Below, one piece after another: positions 39,141 to 50,445 of a stretch of 64,000 bases of DNA. Position 1 is the stretch's first letter, and each line of letters begins with the position of its first letter. A program made the translations under genes and the position numbers. The notes beneath the pieces are model-generated. The model ran no database searches. It was not told where the DNA came from and was given only the letters and a program-made list of their open reading frames with translations. The DNA comes from Eledone cirrhosa (Eukaryota): contig OZ024740.1 in assembly GCA_964016885.1 (NCBI GenBank), forward strand, positions 286,812,001 through 286,876,000, given 5' to 3'.

Positions 39141-40151
39141 TAAAAACTTTTTTTTACAGAAAAATACTTATAAAAAAGAAATTTGTACGTTGACTGCTAA
39201 AAACACTAAATAAAATTAGTAATAATGAAGGTTTTCTGTGTGTTTTCATCTTATATGACCTCCGATATGCTTGCAATCAACTTTTTCTCCAAAAGCGAAA
39301 TGGGGAGGGGGGCTCAGATCTTTAAAATCTACTAAATGTCTGAATGCTTGTGTAATACCTTTTATCTACATCAAATATTGGTACATGCAATTTTCATGTT
39401 CATATAGATTATTACAGGTCTATGTAATAATGATGATCTACGTTTGGTTTGTGTAGATTATTACGCAATGAGGTAGGCACTGCAGATAATAGATATTGTT
39501 TACTGTCTCTTCTTATACAGAAACTGCGTAATATGATGGCTGTAGCTTGAAAAAGTCTGTCTCCCCCATACTCATATTTAGAACAGGTTGGTAGTTGGGT
39601 TTATGGAGTATGAGTCAGGAAATATAGATGATGTCTGAAGTAGGAATTATGGATGATGGCTTAGATCTAGTATAGACATTTAGTTTGTAATTAGCTTTGT
39701 TTTAATGAGTGTATTAGTTACAAGTTTGGCATTCGATGGTCTTATCTACTGAGTCTTTTGTTTATTAATGGCTTTGTTTTCGGAGTACACAGCATAGAGT
39801 TATGGCCCTTTACGTTCTGAGTTCAAATCCCGCCGAGGTTAACTTTGCCTTTCATCCTTATGGGGTCGATAAAATAAAGCACCAGTAATGCACTGGAGTA
39901 ATTGCTGGCCTTGTACCAAGAGTAGAAACAATTATTTATGTATAAGGACATTCTGTGATTACTTTGTATTATTCTAGGAGTATCTACATTCAGATTTATG
40001 TATTTGATGGTCCTATTTGCTTATTTACATAATGGGTTTATTATTGTTTTTTCTGGCATAAGTCTGTCTTTCTAAAACAATGAAGGCTTCCTTAAATCTT
40101 GCATTCAATTATTATTACACTAATATAACTATCAGCTCTCATATCATTCTT

Positions 40152-40599
40152 GTCAAAAGTACAATAATGATTCAATCAAGGAAATAGATAAGTTCTATTA
40201 TGTAGACTACCAATCAATTTCACAACTGGAGATTTAGTGTTGGCTGAGAGTTTGCAGAATGTTCCACATGATATGCAACAGAGAAACTTGATGTTTTCCT
40301 AAAAAGAAACAATCTACTTTAATTCAGTTTATCTTTGAAATGTATTACCTATCAATTAGATCACATTAATCTTTTTCTTTGTCAGTTCTATTTTTCATTG
40401 CTTTAGAATAACAAAACCTTTGAGACATGTATCATAAAATATTTCTTTTTAGGAAAACATCAAGTTTCTCTGTTGCATATCATGTGAAACATTCTGCAAA
40501 CTCTCAGCCAATACTAAATCTCCAGTTGTGAAATTGATTGGCAGTCTACATAATAGAACTTATCTGTTTCCTTGATTGAATCATTATTGTACTTTGGAC
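40152..40599. repeat. Long inverted repeat (158-bp arms, 132-bp spacer)
   Basis: 40152-40309 vs the reverse complement of 40442-40599: 5 substitutions. Confidence 0.95.
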
Positions 40600-42064
40600 T
40601 AAACAATATTTTCCCATTGTCAGACTAGTTGAAATGTCATATGCCACCTGTGCAATCATTAGTTTCTTCCTATTCTTCCTAGAAATCATTGAACACTATA
40701 CCTTTTATCTTTATCTTAGTCACACTCAGTTTTATATTTTATGGTGAAGTACCTTTTTAATGTAAATCAAGTTATTTTATTAAATTCTAACCATCTGCAT
40801 GGAAGGATTTATAAGGTCTTTCAGTAACTCTCTTGTATTATACAAATTTCTTACATTGGCACTATGTTACATATTTTAGCAACCTTGGATGGATGAAAGA
40901 TAAAGCTGACCTTGGCTGGGTTTGAATTTAAAACAGAAAAACAGAACTAAATACTATCAACAATTTTATTCAGTACTCTACCAGTTCGACTTCCTTGTTC
41001 TGACATATTATAATGACACATGGTGCCTGTCATTAAAAAAACTAGACTAATATTCTGAAAGGTATGTTTCATAGAGTCAAACCCATTATGTCAAGCTTTC
41101 AGTCAAGACATCTTATTTTCTGTTAGACCTCTCAAATTTAGTATTGCTTTCGATTTAGTCTTAAAATAAGTCCAATATGCAGCAACTGCTGTAAACAAAT
41201 TTTATGAGCAGCCATTTGTGAAAAAGCATGAACCTTAGGATAGACTATAGTTTAGTATTTTTTTTTCTTGAAATGCAAACCTTGACATCAGTATTTACAG
41301 TAGGCTACATAATAAAATAGAAGGAATTTGTAGTTTACTTGAAGCATTAAAATAGATTTAAAATAGATGTTGATTTATACCAAACATCTTTTCATCACTA
41401 TAGAACTATCATTTAAAGAGTAAGTAAATCACAGTCAAGAGTTCATTCCAGATTCAATATTTGTTAAAAAATATGTTTATGTACTTTTGAAATTTTTTTT
41501 CTTTCTATCAATTAGTCAAGCAGAATTGCAATTGCAATGGTCCATTTTGGGGCCTCCAAAACTGTTGGGAGAGAAGACAGTACCATGAAATCAGAGACTG
41601 GGTGATATGTTGTTTCCTTGAGCAAGACACTTTATTTCACATTGCTCCAATTTACTCAGCTGTAGAAATGAGATTTGAACTCAGATGCCATTCTGAGTTC
41701 AAATCCCACAGAGGTTAACTTTGCCTTTCATCCTTACGGGGTCGATAAAATAAAGTACCAGTAATGTACTGGGTAATTGCTGGCCTTGTGCCAAAAGTAG
41801 AAACAATTATTCTTAACTCTGAAGCCGAGAATCATTCAGTTTCCTAAATAGAATATTAGTCTACAACTCCATTTATACCATATACGTGGTTTTGTCTTTG
41901 CGTTTAATTGTTCTCATCGCTCCACATAACGACGTATTATCTTCACTTTTTTTCCGTTCATTGCCAGGGAACGTCTTCACAAACCAAAGTAACATCTTCC
42001 AGTTTTCCTTCGGTTGCAACATTTTTCGAAATATTTACTTCTGCGTTCACAGATTGATTTTTTT

Positions 42065-42115
42065 AGTTTCAGAAGATCCCGTTAAGGGTGAAAGCAGCGA
42101 TTCTTTGCTTAAACT
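42065..42115 (+). ncRNA. Hammerhead-like motif (U4A variant) in a short repeat also found inverted at 43279-43396
   Basis: AGTTT-CAGAAGA-tCCC gttaa GGGt-GAAAGCA..TGCTT-AAACT: stems I, II and III can all pair. Confidence 0.5.
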
Positions 42116-42235
42116 TTAATCTGTTATTTTAATAAATATTTACTCTAGGGTTCTTATATATTTGATATATATATATATATTTATCCTTATCGAGCTCTCT
42201 TTGGATTTTAGTCTTCACATTTATTATTATTACTA

Positions 42236-42693
42236 CTAGCAGAAAAACCACCTTTGGGGTGGTTTTCTGCTAGCATGTGTAGTGTGCATATTGATATTAT
42301 ACACAAGTATATATGCATGTAGATACGATACATCAAATAAAATCATAATTGACAATATACACAGAAATTGAACGAAGACTGCGTTACACTGTCTTCTGTA
42401 ATCAGTAACGTAACGACTATTATATATAAACTGTATTAGGAGAAAATTAGTGATGGAAATATTTATTTAAGCGATCGCTAACCAGAAGTGTTGACATTTG
42501 AAAATTTTAAAGAAGTGAATCTTAAAATAAGCAACAAAATTATTTATATTTAATCAAGAATAACGAAATTTAGTAGATAAATTATGTAATATTCATTTAT
42601 TATTTATTCACAGTAATCCAACTTATTTTACAAACGGGACAAAAAATATATTCTGGAGGCAGACCCACACTCCTTAATTTATTATAGTTCAGA
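42236..42693 (-). mobile_element. Non-autonomous Helitron with a terminal palindrome
   Basis: Minus strand A|TCTGAACTATAATAAA..CTAG|T; second copy at 14975-15258. Confidence 0.78.
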
Positions 42694-42694
42694 T

Positions 42695-42743
<49 letters not shown>

Positions 42744-43092
42744 ATCTTACTCCCTCCCCTTTGTTCTGCAGGCCAGTTCAGCCCCCCCCCCTTCTTTTAC
42801 GAAGGAATTTAACCATGTACATGACATCCCATAATCATTGACCACTGCCTGTGACAGTCAAGAAAAACAACAATTTTTAGGATTGTTTGATTTAATACTT
42901 CTACTTTGTTTTGATTGCATGTCCATATATAGACTGTACCCCTTGATAAGTTCAGCTGCGTCCCTACCGTCCTAATACTACTCAGCCATTGGGGTCCTGA
43001 CTCTTTTCCTATTACCCACTCTACTACCCTAAGTATCGAGTACTCTGGTGCTTTATGGTCCACCTGGTTTCTTACCTTACCACTCTTTCTTT

Positions 43093-43131
<39 letters not shown>

Positions 43132-43238
43132 TATATATACACACATATATATATACACACACACACTCATATATATATATATACATATATATATACACAC
43201 ATATATATACACACACATTTATATATACATATATATAC

Positions 43239-43273
<35 letters not shown>

Positions 43274-43434
43274 TATATAATAATAATAAATTTGAAGACT
43301 AAAATCCATATATATATATATACACATATGTAATTTATTAAAATAACAGATTAAAGTTTAAGCTAAGAATCGCTGCTTTCACCCTTAACGGGATCCTTTA
43401 TATATATATATATATTATATATATATACACAAAC

Positions 43435-43471
<37 letters not shown>

Positions 43472-45151
43472 AGTAGAAGGGATATTTAATTTGTTGGAAA
43501 TCCGACAAATATAAATGTTTATAACTGAGTTAGAACACTGAACAGGTTTCTGGAGTAAATATTCAATGTATATATATGTATATATATATATATATGTATA
43601 TATATATAAAATATTAAAAAAATAATGAATAAAACAAAGAAACAGTTCCTTATATTAAACAAAAAAAGTTCATTATTTTACGATCGTTTCTAGGACATAT
43701 ATGTGTTAGAATTGGCATGCATATTCAAAAGATCTATGTACAAAATTATACAAACTATCAAGGAGAATATACATACCATCACATATTTTTGAATGCATCT
43801 CTTCTTTCCATGATATCCGGATTACATTGAGTTCTTCATACGGATTGGACACTACCGTAAACTTTTGGTAGATTTATCTACACATATATATATATATATA
43901 TATAGCCTGTAAGCAAGCCTCAAAGAAATCCTTTTTGGGGCTATTCTGTCATTCCTGATTATGCTGCATAACTGTGTTGCTTATAACTAATATAAGGGTA
44001 ATTACTGTCACTTACACTGATTATCTCAATTATGGTGTCTATCTATTTCTCTACTAACAATATACATAGTGTACCCATTCCAATGCTGTTACCCATCTAG
44101 GAAAATTCTTATTTGAGAACCTTGCTCACAAACAGCTGTTCAAGTTCTCTTTCATCTTAACTTTTATACACAACTCTCACCTACTTGTCTTTACTCTAGC
44201 TTTTTACAATCTCTCCAGCTCTACCTTTCATCATATCAACATTGGTAGTGGCAGCCATAAAGTTCTGTGTCTGAAAAGAAAGGGAAAGTTTTCATTGGTT
44301 GGGTTGCATGATGTCTGTTAGCATCTGAAAGTTAGAGTTGATGGGATAACTCAATGACAGTCAAAGAGTGCTCATACCCACCTAACTATCCCGCTACTGT
44401 ACATAGCACAGGCATAAGCTCAGTTGATACAGCAGTTTTCATTGATTTTGTAATTGATGAGTATTTGGCATGGTTGTTTTATGGCTGGATGTTATTCATC
44501 ATCATCATCACCATTTTTTACACTTTACAGGGTTTAGACAGGCTGTCACATACTATGGCCAGATTAGTTATTTGATTACATGTTGGCTTGGTTTCTACAG
44601 CTGAATGCTCTTCTTGATGCCAACCAACTTACAGTGTGTACAGAGAGCATTTTATTGTAATGCCTGCACTACCAGTGTGAACTGGTTGCTTTTCATCATA
44701 GCACCAGTATGGCCATTTTATAGGATTGACTAGTTACTTTTTGTTGTATCACCAACATTTTACATTCTACAGAACAGGCAGGATGCATTTTATTGTGGCA
44801 GTAGTACTACCTCATTACAACACTAGGTTACTTGGTGTGTCCTTGGTCAGGCTAGGGAGACATTGATGGGAATGTGGTGGCTGTAAAATATATTACTAAT
44901 GAGTTTACAGCTTCAACTGTATTATTGTGCCACTGGCATCAAAGAGTTTTTCAGCTAGGACTAAAGAGTCCTCACTACACTGTATTACTTTATATTTAGA
45001 GCATTTCCTCCCTTAGATCTGTTGCCTTTGCTGTGGCTTACAGAGTTCATATCTCTTGGGAGATTTAGGAAAGGCCTTTTTGTTTGAAGTGCTCAATTTC
45101 CTAGACAGGTTGCCTTCACCATAACCCAGAAACCTGATTTTACCATCAAGT

Positions 45152-45960
45152 TAATAATAATAATAATGAAATTATTGTGTACAGTGCTCGGGTGCACTAC
45201 AACTCATCAAAGGTACATGTATAGTACATAGAATAATGTACAAATGTCAGGAAAGTGAACAGTGTATGAGTTACACACAGATACATGCATGCGTGTGTAT
45301 GGAGGGAAAACATCAGGTGTAGTGTTGGCGAATTTCAGGAAGCATGGAGGTTTTAAAGGATGTAGTGTCCCAGCAAGTAACAACTGATGCAGGTAGTTTG
45401 TTCAATGTTTCAGCAACTCTGAGCGTGAAAAAATGTTTCTCAAAGTCATGGGAGCTGTGCTGTTTTCTGACTTTGTAGCCATGCCCATGGGTGTTAGACA
45501 CATGGAATTCAAAAAGGTGCTCAGCGTTGTTGTTGGAAAGATGGTTAATAATTTCGCTGGTGTCTACCAAGTCAGTTGCCAGACGTTAAAGTTTCAATGT
45601 ATCCATGCCCAAGGAAGCAAGGCATTCAGAGTATGGTAGATGCCTGATGGAGGGTATTCGCTTGGTTACACGTCTCTGAACAGTTTCCAGGAGGTCAATA
45701 TTCTGAGCAAGATAGGGGTTCCAGACTGGTGATGCAAATTCTAAGTGTGGCCGCACCATAGCTATATACAACTTTCAACAGATAGCTGGAGAGCGGCTGA
45801 CAAAAGTCTTGCTGAGTGATGCTAAGACACCCTCAGCCTTCTTGACAATTTTGGAGACATGCTTCATCCAAAACAAATCGCTACTGACAGTAATTCCCAG
45901 GTCATGTTCACAAGAAGAGTTCTTGAGATTAGTGTTGTGGAGGGAGTATATGGACGGTGG
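45152..45960 (-). mobile_element. CR1-clade LINE 3' end
   Basis: 'MVRPHLEFASPVWNPY..LETVQRRVTK','HGYKVRKQ..KHFFTLRV..NKLP'; 3'UTR and (ATT)n tail. Confidence 0.9.
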
Positions 45961-46381
45961 TTTTTAAACATTTTTTTTTTTAATGGAGGACTTTAGCTAC
46001 TAGGAGTAGCCGTGAAAAAAAAAGTCACTTTTATGATGCATGGGTAGAGCAATTGTCATTATGAGTGTATGCATGTAGGGGGTTGGCACAAGGGGATTGA
46101 TCTGATTTGGAGCGAAACTTTTTACATATTGGTACATAGAGAGGGCTTCTTATTCAACACCAGGGTAACTTTTGTGATAATTTAAATAGATTAATGGTGG
46201 CTGGTGTCTGTTTTGGTTATGTTGCAGTGCAGGGTGGAGGGAGTGGCAGGTTTTCTGGATTTGTATACCATATTTATATAGGTCACCATATTGAGAAAGT
46301 ATAACAAATATAACATTTTCAAGTCTAAATATATATATGTATATATATTATTTTATTGGTTTCAGTCATTGAACTGTGATC

Positions 46382-46430
46382 ATGCTGGGGCACTGCCGTC
46401 ATATAATATATGACGGCAGTGCCCCAGCAT
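46382..46430. repeat. Perfect 24-bp-arm palindrome
   Basis: atgctggggcactgccgtcatata-a-tatatgacggcagtgccccagcat. Confidence 0.97.
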
Positions 46431-47899
46431 ATAGTATCTTCAACTACCAGTCTCTCTTAAAATTGGTGCTTATAATCAATATCATTTAATCAAGGAGTCA
46501 TACATCTCCCCTTTGATGGGTTAACTTTCACTAAACATAGTCACTTACCCGCCCCCAGTAGGCATGACTGCGCGATGAAGAAATATTGCTTTGAAACCAC
46601 GTGGTTCTGGGTTCAATCCCACTGTATAGCAACCTTGGAGACATATTTTTAATCATAGACAAAGGTTAACCAATACATTGTAAGAAGAACTTGGTGGAGG
46701 GAAATTGTGCGTAAATAATAAAAGTTAGCGGGCTTCACGGCTGGATACACAGATATAAAAACAAAAACAAACAACAAAAAAACAACGCTCGGTAAAATGA
46801 TGACATATCTGTCAACCTGTGTTGTCAGAGTCACAAAAGATTTGCGGTGTTATATAAGCGACCGCAACATGATAAGAGTCGAATAACTTTTATATACAAT
46901 GTCAGGGTTGGGAATCCCATCGACCTCGATTTCGCCCGCATTCATATTTGAAACCGCCCGCTAACGAAATATGTCTTTCTCAAAAAAAAAAAAGAAAGTA
47001 GGAAAAACACAAAAAATATAAAAAAAGAAAGAAGGAAAAACAAAAAAAATTACAAAAAAAACGTTTAAATCTTAAAATTATAACAGTAATTTATTTATAA
47101 ATCTTAAAATTATAACAGTAATTTAATTAAGTTCATGGATTTGTAAAATTGAAAATTCATTTTTTGTTTCTAAGTATTTGCGATTTTCTAGTTACTAAAA
47201 ATAAAAATAAAAAATTCCCCATTTTCACTTTATATAATTTGTCTTCTATTATAAACGTCATTCACATTTAGAATGCATTTTAGATATCAACCATTGCGTG
47301 ATTTGAACTCATAGTCATACCGACGATCTAACGTTTCTGCCTGTTTGTTCCAACTGCTAAAAATATCAGTCAAATCCCTCAACCCAACGGAAAAATACGT
47401 CAGACATTGTAGTCCTACATATACAAAAAGACGGGATGGTCTCGATTGGAACACCATAGAGTATAGGTGTGGTCAATCAGGGTTGACCTGGGCTAAGTAA
47501 CAACTCGTTTGTCATCTAGATATCTTCATTAATGTTGCAAAATAGCCTAATAAATTGGACCTCAGTATATTACATAATTATTTTTTATATTGCAAGAACA
47601 GACGTAGAAACTCGTGTACTTACGATAAAGCATTTATAAGCATTTTATCAGTTATATTTGTGAGGTTTTATTTTTCATTATTTTTTTTTTTATTATTTAG
47701 ACAAAGATTTCGCTTATTCTAAATTTAATAGTATTCTAAAAGAAATTTTATAACCACTCGTAACAAATTTCTTCACTGAACATATCTTGTTCACAATAGC
47801 GCTCTTCCTATTATTTTTTGTTAAAACAAATACATCTTTCCTTTGATTTGATTTTGTGTACTAGCTATTGAATTGTTCTGATATCAGATCAGCTGTTTT

Positions 47900-48950
47900 C
47901 AAAACTTTAAGTCAAGTGAAATTAAATATTGAATTCTGTTTACTTCCTTACATCAGAGTTAGATAAACATAGGTTTCAATTAAATCATTTACAATTGTAG
48001 ATACACACCCTTCCGCTTTAACAACAAAACTAGACGATTATCTTCCCGTGTTTTCATATGAAACTGCTAGACGGCAATTTACATGACGTCATTGACTGTG
48101 GAATTCCGTGCTGGATGCAGAAGCTTGCCAGGAGTGGATGTCGGTAAATTGCGTGTTGAAATTAAATGACTTTGCTGATTCCTTATTAATTTGTCCTTTT
48201 TTCCCGAACCCCAACCTATTTTTAAAAGCATGTTTATTAGTTAATTGTCACTAAAAGTTTTTCTGTAATTTTAAGATGTATAGAAAACAATATTTGTATT
48301 ATGTCTTACCTCAAAGTTATTCCTTTTAGTGAGGAAGTAGTGCGGAGTAATTGTCTTCCGCTAAATGAAGTTAGTCCCAACACTTTCTCTTAAAAAATGA
48401 CTTACTAGGTATTACATGGATTCTAAAATTTTAATCCCCATAGTTGATTGATATTGTTTATTTGATACATTTATCATTCTCGTTCGTTGTTGTTGGTAAT
48501 CTATACTATAAAAGTACACGAGTTGCCTTCTCACCACTAATTAACATATTGCTAGTGAAACTGGCTATAAATATCCAAGTCATTTCCATGCCTAAAATAG
48601 CACGACTTGTAGATTTCTCCTCAGCCAGATTTCAACTGGTTAGTAAAAATAGCATCAAACCACCGATATTTTTACTTCGCTTTTCTCTCATATTGAAGTA
48701 TGACTTAAGTTGAAAATGTTCGTCATTAGTAAGCTTGTGTATATAAACACAGCCGGATTTGTTTGCTGTGTTTCTGTTAGGAATGGCGTTATACAACTGG
48801 AAGGAGTTGTTGGCAAGCAAATCTGATAGCTACCAACATCGGCAACTAACACGTTTTAACAGTAAAAATTCCTTCTTTGCTCTAGTGTATTTTGATTGCT
48901 GTCAAATTATATTTTGAAAGTTAAAACTCTTTTATTGTCTGTGTTACCTT
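47900..48950 (+). promoter_or_regulatory. Candidate MEF2 promoter/enhancer region
   Basis: Repeat-poor and visibly CpG-retaining; palindromic CRE ATGACGTCAT at 48083-48092; MEF2-consensus CTATTTTTAA at 48216-48225; near-consensus sites at 48565, 48591 and 48643. Confidence 0.45.
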
Positions 48951-49049
48951 ATTGTATGTTATTGCACGTTGAACCGTCACCTGTCTTGCTTATATATATA
49001 TATATATATTATATATATATATAAGCATACACAAATATATACACACATG

Positions 49050-49102
<53 letters not shown>

Positions 49103-49362
49103 GTGTGTATGTAGTTAATTATTGACACATAATATGAGGAAGGGTTATTATATAAATGTCGATCTAACGTATATTCACATTATACAGAAGCAACATATGA
49201 AAATTTCCATATTTACTGTCAGCAAAATTATTAGATATCCGGAACCGAAATTTGTTGTTGATATATATATATATATATTTATTAAAGATTTAGTCTTCAA
49301 ATTTATTATTATTACTATATATATACACATATATATATATCAAATCTTAATTTCTATTACAG

Positions 49363-49538
49363 ATCGTGGGTCAGTTTTATTTCCACGTGATAGGTGTTGG
49401 TGTTTTGCTTGTCGAATTGGGCACTCTTGATAGTTGAAACGTAATATCAACCAACATTTGGATTTATATAAGAAAAAAAAATAGCCTATTTTCAATACCT
49501 AAATTGGTTGTCTTCTTTTCCTCTGGTTGCAGTTTAAG
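49363..49538 (+). other. MEF2: Candidate non-coding 5'UTR exon of MEF2
   Basis: tttctattacAG acceptor, consensus AAG|GTAAGT donor, no ATG in 176 nt; the first coding exon has its own acceptor at 55125-55126, so an upstream exon is expected. Confidence 0.5.
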
Positions 49539-50401
49539 GTAAGTCGACAGTTTATTTAATTTTTTTTTTATTTCAAGTTAAAGGGTTAACTGTTTAATAG
49601 CAATCAGAATCATTTTTTTTTTCGTCATCTATAGTCCATAGTTAAAGTATGTTATATGACGTTATATTAAGGCGGACTGCTCTGACTTCCTCAATTGGCT
49701 AACAGAAGCTCACTTACACACAGACAAGAATCCCATTTTCCTTTTTAGTCCATCCTTACATATTTGGACTCTCCCTTAATCACACATGCATATTCAGGCA
49801 TAAACACGCGAACTTCTGCAAACTGAATTGTATTGTTTTTCTTATCCCTCCCAACTTTTGTTTTATTTAATTATTTTCCTCAAAGTTTAATCTTTCTGTT
49901 TAACGCCTCAGATTTCCCGAGTAGTTTGAAATATATTTTGATGAACTAAACAGGGGGGGTCGATTGCATTTGTGGTGGTGGTGGTAGTGAAGATGATGCT
50001 ATACATATGTGTGTGTGCAAATTGCTATACAGACATTGTCAATTTTACACTCTTCGTCCGTTTTTTTTACATGCTTGAGTTGAACGGGGTTTGTTGAAAC
50101 TGCTCTTGCCACAAAGTATTGAAGTTTCATTTTATCGCTGTATGTATGTATAATACTTTTTTGTAGCTTTCTAAACATTTTGTAAATATTCAACTTTTTT
50201 TTTTTGTTAAAAAATCCAGATAATGCATATTTCTCTCTCTTTCTCTTTTTCCATAGTAATTATACTTAACTGTTGGGAATTTTGTTCTGGTTGGGTCAAA
50301 ATTTAAAACATTTTATTTTAGTTTGCGAAAAAAATCCGCGATCAGGGTTTTCTCTGAAGTGTCGTCATCTATATATATATATATATAATCTGGCTCTGTG
50401 C

Positions 50402-50445
<44 letters not shown>

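Noticed and set aside
39480-40150. Possible additional PLE RT remnant ('LINKRLS')
   Set aside because: A single short motif amid many stops; insufficient support
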